DNA from: Candidatus Omnitrophota bacterium
GTDB taxonomy: Bacteria; Omnitrophota; Omnitrophia; Omnitrophales; Aquincolibacteriaceae
DNA length: 64,000 nucleotides
Direction of reading: 5' to 3'
NCBI GenBank assembly: GCA_016196545.1
Contig: JACPXM010000048.1
Coordinates: 19,690 to 83,689 of the forward strand
Positions 48,148-56,699 of this stretch are shown here, piece by piece. Position numbers and translations under genes: made by a program. Every line of letters begins with the position of its first letter. Position 1 is the first letter of the stretch. The notes under the pieces are model-generated. The model was given only the letters and a program-made list of their open reading frames with translations, ran no database searches and was not told the origin of the DNA.

Positions 48148-48203
48148 GAAAATAAGAAAGGCAATGGGGCAGCCCAGAATCTTCACCGTTCTCCCCCATT
48201 GCC
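48148..48203 (-). terminator. Putative intrinsic terminator of hup: GGCAATGGGG...CCCCATTGCC stem (large loop) followed on minus by TTTCTTATTTTC
   Basis: 10-bp arms at 48160-48169 and 48194-48203, with the T-rich run 48148-48159 read on the minus strand. Begins 22 nt after the hup stop. Confidence 0.55.
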
Positions 48204-48224
48204 CTTTCTCGTTCCTCTTAAAAA

Positions 48225-48497
48225 CTACTTCAAAAGCTTCTTCAGCTCCGTCCCTGCCGAGAAGGCGGGGACTTTACGGGCCTTAATTTGAATCGTCTCT
48301 CCCGTTTTTGGGTTACGGCCCGTACGGGCCTTGCGGTTTTTCACCAAAAAGCTTCCGAAACCGATGAGAGACACCTTTTGACCTTTTTTTAAAGAGCCCT
48401 TAATGGATTCAAAAGTGGCATTAATCACTTCCCAAGATTTGGCCTTGGAAAGCTTTGTCCGTTTGGCAATTTCACTCGCCAATTGTGCTTTGTTCAT
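48225..48497 (-). CDS. hup: HU-family nucleoid-associated DNA-binding protein
   Basis: MNKAQLASEIA...GFGSF...RKARTGRNPKTGE...F.AG pattern. Start ATG 48497 with GGAGGTGA SD. Confidence 0.92.
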   Translation of the reverse strand: MNKAQLASEIAKRTKLSKAKSWEVINATFESIKGSLKKGQKVSLIGFGSFLVKNRKARTGRNPKTGETIQIKARKVPAFSAGTELKKLLK

Positions 48498-48517
48498 GAT
48501 TTCACCTCCTTTCCTAA

Positions 48518-49531
48518 TTAATATTGTTTCCATTCTTCACGCGCATCGCGATGAAGCAAATCCTGCACGGCCTGTTTTGCATCTTTATCTTTAAATAGAA
48601 TAAGATAAACTTCATTGAGGATCGGAAGTGTTAAGCCCACTTTTTGGCAAAGTTCATGAACGCTTTCCGCGGAATCCACACCCTCCGCGACCATTTGCAT
48701 CCCGCTTAAAATTTCGCCGATTTTTTTCCCCTGCCCTAATTCATAGCCCACCCGGAGATTCCGGCCGTGCTTGGAAAAACAAGTTGTGACCAAATCCCCC
48801 AAACCGGAGAGACCAAAAAAAGTATTGGGATTGGCACCCATGCGGATGCCGATTCTCGTCATTTCAAAAAGACCGCGTGAAATCAGTCCCGATTTTGTGT
48901 TGTCTCCGAACTCGAGCCCGTCGCAAACTCCGGCCGCAATGGCAATCACATTCTTCAAGGCCCCGCCGAGTTCTACGCCCACAACATCGGATTGAACATA
49001 AATGCGGAAAAAGGTATCCATAAAGGCCTGCTGGACCTTGATCGCGTGGACCTCGTTTTTGGAAGCCGCCACAACCAGGGTGGGAATATTGCGCGCAACT
49101 TCTTCGGCGTGGGAAGGCCCGGACAAAACCACCACCGGACAATGAGCCCCTAAGGCGGAATGAATAATTTCACTGGGCCGCAAGCAGGTTTTCTTTTCTA
49201 TTCCTTTGGCAACGGAAACCAAAATTTTCCCCGAAAGGTCGAGGTCTCGCATTTTGTGAAGAATATTGCGCAAAAATTGGGTCGGAATCGCCAGGACAAT
49301 GATTTGTCCGAATTGAACAGCTTCTTTTAAATCCGTGGTGATGCGAATAGAAGTCGAGAGGGGGACTCCTGGAAGAAATTTGACATTTTCCCGTTTCGCT
49401 TCGATGATTTTTGCGTAATCCGGGAAGGCTGACCACAAAACGGTATCATTTTTGCGCCGTGCATTAACCACCGCAAGCGCAGTCCCCCAGCCGCCGTCCC
49501 CTAATACGGTCACGCGAAATTTTTCAGTCAT
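48518..49531 (-). CDS. gpsA: NAD(P)H-dependent glycerol-3-phosphate dehydrogenase
   Basis: VLGDGGWGTALA Rossmann motif, full-length GpsA similarity. Start placed at ATG 49531. Confidence 0.9.
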   Translation of the reverse strand: MTEKFRVTVLGDGGWGTALAVVNARRKNDTVLWSAFPDYAKIIEAKRENVKFLPGVPLSTSIRITTDLKEAVQFGQIIVLAIPTQFLRNILHKMRDLDLSGKILVSVAKGIEKKTCLRPSEIIHSALGAHCPVVVLSGPSHAEEVARNIPTLVVAASKNEVHAIKVQQAFMDTFFRIYVQSDVVGVELGGALKNVIAIAAGVCDGLEFGDNTKSGLISRGLFEMTRIGIRMGANPNTFFGLSGLGDLVTTCFSKHGRNLRVGYELGQGKKIGEILSGMQMVAEGVDSAESVHELCQKVGLTLPILNEVYLILFKDKDAKQAVQDLLHRDAREEWKQY

Positions 49532-49653
49532 GTCTTCCACCACTTTAACGGGTTAAGAAACACCAACTCGCGAAAATCCTTGAAGGACAAGGGTTATTGG
49601 GGCTCGTACTCTAACATGGAAATAAAATACGGTCAAAAGAAAATTCGAAGAAA

Positions 49654-50070
49654 TTATTTTTTGAGCAACGAAAAGACGGTAACGACTTCCCGAATCTCGT
49701 TGGGAATACGAACGGGTCTCATCGTACGGTCGACAAACACATGGACGGAAAATCCAGAGGCAGCCAGACGTGCTTCGGGATTTAAAAAAACTTGATATTC
49801 AAATCGCAGAGAGCTTTTCCGAAGTTCTGCAACGCTTGTTCGGACAAATATTTGATCGTCATAAGAAGTCGGAGAAAAATATTTGGCCTGCGTCTCCACC
49901 ACGGGAAGAAAAAATCCTTTTTTTTCGCATTCGGTGTAGGGATGACCAAGTGCGCGAAAATATTCCGTGCGCGCGGCCTCAAACCAAACAAAATAATTAG
50001 CATAATAGCTGATTCCCATTTTGTCGGTATCGGCGTAACGAATCCGATAGAAATAATCAAAATGATTCAA
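49654..50070 (-). CDS. Acyl-CoA thioesterase, 4HBT/YbgC family
   Basis: RIRYADTDKMGISYYANYFVWFEAARTEYF hot-dog fold N-terminus. TTG start overlapping the upstream stop (TTGA). Confidence 0.8.
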   Translation of the reverse strand: MNHFDYFYRIRYADTDKMGISYYANYFVWFEAARTEYFRALGHPYTECEKKGFFLPVVETQAKYFSPTSYDDQIFVRTSVAELRKSSLRFEYQVFLNPEARLAASGFSVHVFVDRTMRPVRIPNEIREVVTVFSLLKK

Positions 50071-50471
50071 AAGCCCGCCTGACGTTTAAAAAGTATCAAA
50101 ATAAGCAACGCCGCGCCGGCGCCTCCCAAATCTGCCATAAAATCCCAGAATTCCGGGGCCCTTCCAGGCGCGTAGAACTGAACCGCTTCCGTCACCAGAC
50201 CCATAATCAAGGCATACAAAAAAGCATAAAACATCACGGCCGTGCGCAATCTTACGCTTTTCGCTCTGCGAAATGCGTTGAGAGCAAGCCAAACCAAAAG
50301 AAAAAATTCGAGACCATGCAGGATCTTGTCATTGAAGCGAAAAAGGATTCGCGGAAGTCTCGCCGGACTTTCAATAGCGCCCTGAATCATTAACGCGCTG
50401 TAGACCCAAAACGGGAGCCATCCCCAAAGGTACCGCTCTCTAAAATCAGAAACTTTCTTTAAGCTGATCAA
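50067..50471 (-). CDS. VanZ-like family membrane protein (start uncertain)
   Basis: [12 protein letters not shown] VanZ motif and 4 TM helices. There is no internal ATG, so TTG 50471 is proposed; the ORF-track start at 50606 lies deep inside dnaJ. Confidence 0.55.
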   Translation of the reverse strand: MISLKKVSDFRERYLWGWLPFWVYSALMIQGAIESPARLPRILFRFNDKILHGLEFFLLVWLALNAFRRAKSVRLRTAVMFYAFLYALIMGLVTEAVQFYAPGRAPEFWDFMADLGGAGAALLILILFKRQAGF

Positions 50472-51573
50472 AAAATCCCTTTGGCTTAACCTGAATTTTT
50501 TCCTGCCGTTGACGCGCCAAATCCTGCAGGAGCTTTTTTTCGGTGTCCGAAAGCTTGGACGGAACTTCGATCTCAATCCGGATGAATTGGTTACCGCGAA
50601 CCCCACTATGCCCTAAAATTGGAAGTCCAAATTCTTTTAATTTGAATATTTTTCCGGAAGGGGTGCCCGCGGGAACCTTTAAGGAAGTTTCATCTTCAAT
50701 CGTGGGAACAGCGACTTCCCCCCCGAGAGCTGCGACGGTAAACGGAATCAGAATTTCACAATAGAGATCTGCGTCACGGCGTTCAAAAATCGGATGATTC
50801 TTCACAATCACGTGAAGGTATAAATCACCCCGCGGGCCTCCCAGTTCGCCCGCTTCGCCCTCGCCGGTGATTTTTAGTCGCGCATCCGATTCCATTCCCG
50901 GAGGAATTTTGATGCTTAGTTTGCGAGTCTTCTGAATACGTCCTGAGCCACGGCAGGTGGTACAGGGCTTTTCAATTTTCTCACCCTCGCCGTGACAGCG
51001 AGGGCATGTCCTGCGCAACGTAAAAAAACCTTGAGAAACCCGGATTTCGCCGCGGCCCGCGCATTCCTGGCAAACGGTTTTCTTAGATCCCTTAGCAGCA
51101 CCGCTTCCCTGACACTCATTACAAGTTTCTCGGCGCGGAATTTCAAGCGGCATCTCCTTGCCTTTTAAAACTTCTTGAAGTTCGATTTCAACGGAAAACT
51201 CTAAATCGCGGCCGCGCCGGGCGCGCGTTCGGCCGCCACTGCCTCCTCGGCCTCCCCCGCCGAAAAAATCATCAAACAGATCCCCAAAAATATCATTAAA
51301 GACACGGAAGTTGTCCTCATAGCCTTCAAAACCTTGAAAACCGCGCCCTCCCAAACTGTGCCCGAATTGATTGTATTGGGCTCTTTTATCAGCGTCGCTT
51401 AAAACCGCGTAGGCTTCGGCTGCTTCTTTGAATTTTTCTTCTGCAGATTTGTTGCCATGATTACGGTCCGGATGATATTGGAGGGCAAGCTTGCGATAAG
51501 ATTTTTTTATGTCATCTGCCGAAGCGTTTCGTGAAACACCCAGCACTTCATAATAGTCGCGTTTGGAAACCAT
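50446..51573 (-). CDS. dnaJ: Molecular chaperone DnaJ
   Basis: J-domain (YYEVLGV...HPD), G/F region and four CxxCxGxG zinc-finger repeats. Confidence 0.93.
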   Translation of the reverse strand: MVSKRDYYEVLGVSRNASADDIKKSYRKLALQYHPDRNHGNKSAEEKFKEAAEAYAVLSDADKRAQYNQFGHSLGGRGFQGFEGYEDNFRVFNDIFGDLFDDFFGGGGRGGSGGRTRARRGRDLEFSVEIELQEVLKGKEMPLEIPRRETCNECQGSGAAKGSKKTVCQECAGRGEIRVSQGFFTLRRTCPRCHGEGEKIEKPCTTCRGSGRIQKTRKLSIKIPPGMESDARLKITGEGEAGELGGPRGDLYLHVIVKNHPIFERRDADLYCEILIPFTVAALGGEVAVPTIEDETSLKVPAGTPSGKIFKLKEFGLPILGHSGVRGNQFIRIEIEVPSKLSDTEKKLLQDLARQRQEKIQVKPKGFFDQLKESF

Positions 51574-51589
51574 AAGGGCGGCGGGAAGA

Positions 51590-52180
51590 TTAGGTAATCT
51601 CTTCCTCTTTTTCCTCTTCGTCGGATGGCGTTGGAGGGGCAGAGCCCGATTGACCTACTCTCACCTTGGCCGCGCGAATTAAGCGATCGTGCAAAAAATA
51701 GCCGGCTTCCACCTCTTCCACCACTTTATCTTCTTTTCCCGGCGCCTCAACATAACCGATGGCTTCATGCTTGTGAGGATCAAATTTTTGATCTATCGCC
51801 TCCACCCGGCGCACTCCCTCCCGGCAAAGCAAATTCAGCATTTGCTTGTAGACCATTTGGATGCCCGAGACGAGCGATTTAAGCTGATATTCCTTAGCCT
51901 CATCGGCGTGAGCCAACGCACGGTCAAAATTGTCCAAAACAGGAAGCAGAGACCGGATCAAAGATTCCTGGCCAAATTTGATGAATTCTTCTTTTTCACG
52001 CACCAATCTTTTCTTCGCGTTTTCAAAATCTGCCGCGCTCCGAAGCAGTTTTTCCCGCAATCCCTCCAGCTCGGTTAAACGGGCCTGCATTGCTTCATAT
52101 TCTTTTCGCGGAATCTCGAGGGACTCCTGTGGCCCCTTGCTAGAATCTGGGGTGTTTTTTTTTGAGGGATCGTTTGTCAT
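51590..52180 (-). CDS. grpE: Nucleotide exchange factor GrpE
   Basis: Coiled-coil N-terminus, [12 protein letters not shown] motif, FDPHKHEA C-terminal motif. Confidence 0.92.
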   Translation of the reverse strand: MTNDPSKKNTPDSSKGPQESLEIPRKEYEAMQARLTELEGLREKLLRSAADFENAKKRLVREKEEFIKFGQESLIRSLLPVLDNFDRALAHADEAKEYQLKSLVSGIQMVYKQMLNLLCREGVRRVEAIDQKFDPHKHEAIGYVEAPGKEDKVVEEVEAGYFLHDRLIRAAKVRVGQSGSAPPTPSDEEEKEEEIT

Positions 52181-52956
52181 ACGGAGTCGAGATTGAGGGA
52201 ATCAAAAAAACCTTCAATAGCCTGCGACATGGCTTTCACAAGTGGAAGGAGACGTCCGTAAGGCATGCGTGTGGGACCAATTAAGGCAATCACACCTTTG
52301 CTTTTATTTTCGACATGAAAGTCGGCCGAAACTACCGAGCAGTGCTGAAGTTCGCAACTTTCATTTTCAAGCCCTATCGTTACAGACAATCCCCGTCGGC
52401 ATTGATTTTCAATCCATGGAAAAAGCCGGAATCGGTTTTCAAAAAGCTGGAAGAGAGGACGCGCACTGGCCGGCTCATGAAATTCCGGCTTGTCCAACAT
52501 TTGGCCCGTTCCCTTAATAAAAATTTTATAATGGCCCGGTAGGCCCGGACTGCTGTTGGGGATGGCAAATAACGCGACTTCATCGGCGAGCTCTGACAAA
52601 ATCTCGGAAGCCTTCTCTGCAAAATTTTCCCTTTCCCGCTTTTCCTCAGAAAGTTTATTCGAAATATGAAGTATCGTTTTCTGAGAAACGGGTTCAGGGG
52701 TTAATCCGCGATCTACGTAATAACGGTAGCCGCGATCGGTCGGAATGCGCCCGGCCGAGGGATGGGGATGGGTCAAATAGCCCCGTTCCTCCAGCATCCC
52801 CATTTCATGCCGTACCGTAGCCGGCGAGTAATAATCCCGATAAATTTCGCGGTAGCGATTGGTAATGAACCGGGAGCCTACGGGTTGGCCGGTATGAATA
52901 TGTGTATCGACAACCCGATTGAGTATGGATTCTTGTCTCGAAGATAAAGGTTGCAT
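52177..52956 (-). CDS. hrcA: Heat-inducible transcription repressor HrcA (short, 259 aa)
   Basis: N-terminal wHTH (ILNRVVDTHIHTGQPVGSR) and C-terminal GVIALIGPTRMPYGR motif. The middle region is shorter than the usual ~340-aa proteins. Confidence 0.85.
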   Translation of the reverse strand: MQPLSSRQESILNRVVDTHIHTGQPVGSRFITNRYREIYRDYYSPATVRHEMGMLEERGYLTHPHPSAGRIPTDRGYRYYVDRGLTPEPVSQKTILHISNKLSEEKRERENFAEKASEILSELADEVALFAIPNSSPGLPGHYKIFIKGTGQMLDKPEFHEPASARPLFQLFENRFRLFPWIENQCRRGLSVTIGLENESCELQHCSVVSADFHVENKSKGVIALIGPTRMPYGRLLPLVKAMSQAIEGFFDSLNLDSV

Positions 52957-53005
52957 AAGCTTGGCATCTTATCAAATAAGGGGGGGTTCTTTCAACTACT
53001 GAGAA

Positions 53006-54388
53006 CTAAATTCTGGGAAGAGACAAAAGTCCCTGCAGGTCGATTTTTTTACGGCGGAACAGCTCCAAGTCATCCCGGCCAATAATCCAAGCTGAGGACT
53101 CCTTAGAAAGATTAAGGTTCAAAGACGTATAATTGCCGTAATCGTAACTGCGTAAAACATCAACGAATTCCCGAGATGCAAGCGTTAGCAAATAGAGCAT
53201 GTCCTCATGATAGATCAGGGGGCCCAAAGACTCAGCTGAATGATCTCTTAGAAGGGCATCCACATTTAAAGAAAAAAATGAATCCCCTGCCTCTTCATAG
53301 AAACTGAACTCAAGCTTGACTTCATGAAACGTATTTTGAATCCGTTCATCCATCGAGACAATCGCGGAAGCACGCCGCGTCAACTGTTCGGCAAGAAAAT
53401 TCCCCAGTTTGATAACCTCCAAAGGAAATTCTTCTTCCCATTTTTCGGAGTTTTCCTCGATTTGGAGACCCTTGGGGAAATCGATTTGCTGCAGGAAACC
53501 TTCCTCAGAAAGATATTGAAAGGGAATAATCCTTAAAATCCGTGCTTGATTTTCCTGAATGGCCAGCATGAAAAGATATTTTAAAGGTTCAGCAACGGCT
53601 GCGTTGGAAGAGGCATCCCCCGCATTAGGATCTTCCCCTTTCGCTTTCGGCTGCACCTTCGCAAAGACGAGCACTTCATTTTTTTGAATCGGGGCCGAAC
53701 GCATTTCCAAGATCTCCCAATGAAGACCCGCTGTCACCTCATGGGCCCGTATGGAATTAAAAAAAAGAGTTTGAATGGCGGCAGGAGGCAAATCCTTGCT
53801 GAAATACTTTTCCTGAATCTGGGAAAGCGTCATGCTTTCCAAATCCACAAAAAATTGCCGCACCGGCTTGTGGAACAAAACGGCGCGGTTTAATCGCAGT
53901 TCGTGCATCATACGTTTGCGGTATTCTCCCCTTGAAATATCAGAGACTTTGACGCGCTTGATGTCATCGACAAAACCTTTGATAATCAGTTGCATGCCGG
54001 TATCTTCCATGTCCGTAGCCTGTAAAATATAGAATTTAAAGGACCTGTCCGTACTCAAGATCACGCGCGTAATGGAGAAAATAACGTCTTCGATTTTTTC
54101 GAGGGCCTCGGGGGAAGGTTCAAAAAGTGTTTCCATATTTTTAATTTGGCCCGAGGAAAAGGCCTCTTTTAAATCCGCGGCAAAAAGCTTCTTAAGCGGC
54201 AAATAGACCCCGATCGTATCCCCTGCAATTTTTACATCCACACCCGTGATACCGTATTCTTTCTCACACATCTCGACAAGCGATTCTTTCACACGCGACG
54301 CCGGATAAGATGTCTTTTGCAAACACCCCTCCATCCCCAACGCGCCGGCTATCAGAATCGCTGTGATCGAAAGCCATCGTAGCTTCAT
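53006..54388 (-). CDS. Hypothetical exported protein (461 aa), N-terminal signal/anchor with Cys22
   Basis: Start moved to ATG 54388 (MKLRWLSITAILIAGALGMEGC), 7 nt after the ftsH-paralog stop. No family recognised. Confidence 0.6.
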   Translation of the reverse strand: MKLRWLSITAILIAGALGMEGCLQKTSYPASRVKESLVEMCEKEYGITGVDVKIAGDTIGVYLPLKKLFAADLKEAFSSGQIKNMETLFEPSPEALEKIEDVIFSITRVILSTDRSFKFYILQATDMEDTGMQLIIKGFVDDIKRVKVSDISRGEYRKRMMHELRLNRAVLFHKPVRQFFVDLESMTLSQIQEKYFSKDLPPAAIQTLFFNSIRAHEVTAGLHWEILEMRSAPIQKNEVLVFAKVQPKAKGEDPNAGDASSNAAVAEPLKYLFMLAIQENQARILRIIPFQYLSEEGFLQQIDFPKGLQIEENSEKWEEEFPLEVIKLGNFLAEQLTRRASAIVSMDERIQNTFHEVKLEFSFYEEAGDSFFSLNVDALLRDHSAESLGPLIYHEDMLYLLTLASREFVDVLRSYDYGNYTSLNLNLSKESSAWIIGRDDLELFRRKKIDLQGLLSLPRI

Positions 54389-54395
54389 TTGATTT

Positions 54396-56063
54396 CTATT
54401 TATCCCCCACCGTATTCGGCGCAGACTCCGTGGTCGTTTCAGGTTTGATTGAAAACCGCCGCGGATTGGCCTTCCCGTATTCAGAAAAAATAGCTTCGAT
54501 CTCATCATAATCGAGTTCTTGCTTGGTGAGAAGCTCATGCGCAAACCGCTCAAATAAATCCCGCTCTTTGGTCAATAATTCCTCAACCGCATTCATGCAG
54601 TCCTTAAGAACTCTGTCCGTATCTTGGTTTAAACGGGTTTTTACTTCTTCAGAAATTTCAGATTCTGGAATCATCGTGTAATCCCCCACAAGGCCCGAGG
54701 GGCCCATGCCCAGTTTCCAAACCATGTTGTGGGCAATAGCCATCGCAGTACTGAAATCAGAGGAAACTCCACTTGTCGTGGTGTTGTATTTAATTTTTTC
54801 TGCAACATAACCCGCAAGGGCGGATTTAATATTGGCCGTCAACATTTCGCGGTCATGACTGTAAATTTCCTCGGTGGGATTGTGATGCACCACGCCTAAC
54901 GTTGATTTGCGAGGAATGATTGAAGCCTTAAACACATCATCCGTGGGATGCAAAAGGTAAACCACCATTAAGTGCCCCGTTTCGTGATAAGCCGTCATTT
55001 CCTTTTCCCGATCGCGCATATTAATTTTTCGCTTCACGCCCAATTCAATGCGCTCCATGGCCTCCGAAACATCTTTAAGGGTAACGATGTCCCTTCCGTT
55101 ACGGGTGGCGATGAGGGCGGATTCTTTGACGATATTTTCAATCTCTGCCGGAGTTTTCCCGATCGCTTTTCTCGCCAGTCTACCGATATCCACCGTAGCA
55201 TCGTGCTTCACTTTATTAAAATAATAGCGGAAAATTTGCTCACGGCCTTCAAGACCCGGTTTTGTGATATAAACTTTGCGGTCAAAACGGCCGGGACGTA
55301 ACAGGGCAGGATCAAGGCTATCTTCGGGAGCATTGGTCGCGCCAATAATAATGATATTATCTCCCGCGCTCGTTAAGCCGTCCATCTCCACAAGGATTTG
55401 GTTTTGGGTAGAATTAGTTTCCGAATTCCCAAATTGATTGAAGGTACGGTTTTTACCCATCGCATCCAATTCGTCGATGAAAATCACACAGCCGCCAAAA
55501 CCATAGGCCAGTGCACGGGCCTTTTTAAAAAGCGTCCGCACCCGGGAGGCTCCCACACCCACAAAGATTTCCACAAATTCACTGGCGGCCATTGAAAGGA
55601 AGGGAAGCCCCGCTTCCGTGGCAATCGCCTTAGCCAAATAAGTTTTACCGCATCCGGGAGGCCCAATCATTAATATACCGCGCAAAATTTTCCCGCCGAT
55701 TTTTTTGATACGGGTGTGGTCTTTGATGAGGCGAACCACTTCCCAGCATTCTTCCTTGGCTTCATCAATCCCCATAACATCGGAAAAACGAATGTTGACT
55801 TCCTTGGCGTTTACACTCTTTTTGTCGACCTTGGCAAATCCGCCGCGCATCAGGCCCATATAGAGATAAGCGAAAATCACGGCATTCATTCCGGCCATCA
55901 AAAGCGAAAGCGGGAGCTGGGCAAGAGTAATATTGCGATAATAACTTTCCAGCGACATCATTCCCCAAATGGACAGAATGATGAGAAGAATCACACCGAA
56001 GATCACAAAAATCTTAGTTCGGTGATTCAGAAAATGCATTTTCCAACGCCGATAATAATTCAT
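54396..56063 (-). CDS. FtsH-like AAA+ zinc metalloprotease paralog lacking a periplasmic domain
   Basis: Walker A GPPGCGKT, Walker B IIFIDELD, SRH (LLRPGRFDR), HETGH zinc site. The two N-terminal TM helices are joined by only a short loop. Confidence 0.85.
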   Translation of the reverse strand: MNYYRRWKMHFLNHRTKIFVIFGVILLIILSIWGMMSLESYYRNITLAQLPLSLLMAGMNAVIFAYLYMGLMRGGFAKVDKKSVNAKEVNIRFSDVMGIDEAKEECWEVVRLIKDHTRIKKIGGKILRGILMIGPPGCGKTYLAKAIATEAGLPFLSMAASEFVEIFVGVGASRVRTLFKKARALAYGFGGCVIFIDELDAMGKNRTFNQFGNSETNSTQNQILVEMDGLTSAGDNIIIIGATNAPEDSLDPALLRPGRFDRKVYITKPGLEGREQIFRYYFNKVKHDATVDIGRLARKAIGKTPAEIENIVKESALIATRNGRDIVTLKDVSEAMERIELGVKRKINMRDREKEMTAYHETGHLMVVYLLHPTDDVFKASIIPRKSTLGVVHHNPTEEIYSHDREMLTANIKSALAGYVAEKIKYNTTTSGVSSDFSTAMAIAHNMVWKLGMGPSGLVGDYTMIPESEISEEVKTRLNQDTDRVLKDCMNAVEELLTKERDLFERFAHELLTKQELDYDEIEAIFSEYGKANPRRFSIKPETTTESAPNTVGDK

Positions 56064-56156
56064 AGATTCCCTTTCTTTGATACGACCTATCTCCAGACTG
56101 CTAAAGAAGATAAATTTGACCCAATCCCCTAAAAATTTAAAGGTTCTCTGAAGAGA

Positions 56157-56582
56157 TCAGTTCAACTGGGTTTCGTCCAAATTCCCATCTTCCTTTACCC
56201 CTTTTTCATCCCCTTCTTCCTCAAATTCCTCCTCGAAAATATCGTCTTCCCAGAACTCAAGACTCTCCTCTTCCTCATCGAATGAAATTAATTCCAGTTC
56301 TTCGTCTTTCCAAACGGCCTCTTCTTGAGAAGACTCTGAGGCTTTGACTTCTTTCTGGCCAACGGCAGATTCGGTAAAAAAATCCTCTCCCGAGTAATGC
56401 TTATGGCTCGGGGAGGGAGCGCTTTTCACTCCCCCTTTAATTTCTTCCATTTTTTCTCTCATGGAAATGGGGTCGGTTTGAGTCTTTACGACAGGGTCAT
56501 CTTTCTTTAAAACCGCTGAAAGATGCAGGCAACCGCAGAAGAGAACCATTAGACCAATCTGAGTATGACGTCCCCCATTCAT
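56157..56582 (-). CDS. Hypothetical small exported protein with highly acidic C-terminal half
   Basis: Hydrophobic N-terminus (IGLMVLFCGCLHLSAV), then an E/D-rich tail (EEELELISFDEEEESLEFWEDDIFEEEFEEEGDE). No family recognised. Confidence 0.5.
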   Translation of the reverse strand: MNGGRHTQIGLMVLFCGCLHLSAVLKKDDPVVKTQTDPISMREKMEEIKGGVKSAPSPSHKHYSGEDFFTESAVGQKEVKASESSQEEAVWKDEELELISFDEEEESLEFWEDDIFEEEFEEEGDEKGVKEDGNLDETQLN

Positions 56583-56699
56583 AGGTCAACTCCGAACACA
56601 ACAAGAATACACTCTTGAAAATAAAAGATCAAATCAAGGTGGGGGGATAACCTTGCCCGCGATAGAAACGAAATAACTTACATAAATATCCCCGAAGAA

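Noticed and set aside
47938-48186. 82-aa minus-strand ORF in the hup-DUF2203 intergenic region.
   Set aside because: Its sequence is the translation of the nested palindrome, G-tract and terminator (…PYHPHTRCEMLLHTGCGDGGDG…). There is no SD and no family resemblance.
56096-56104. CIRCE-like half sites: GACTGCTAA upstream of the FtsH paralog and GAGAACTAA (53001-53009) upstream of hrcA.
   Set aside because: Each matches only one arm (7-8 of 9) of TTAGCACTC-N9-GAGTGCTAA, and the partner arm at the N9 distance is essentially unmatched. I do not call an HrcA operator. The point is mentioned only in the hrcA finding.
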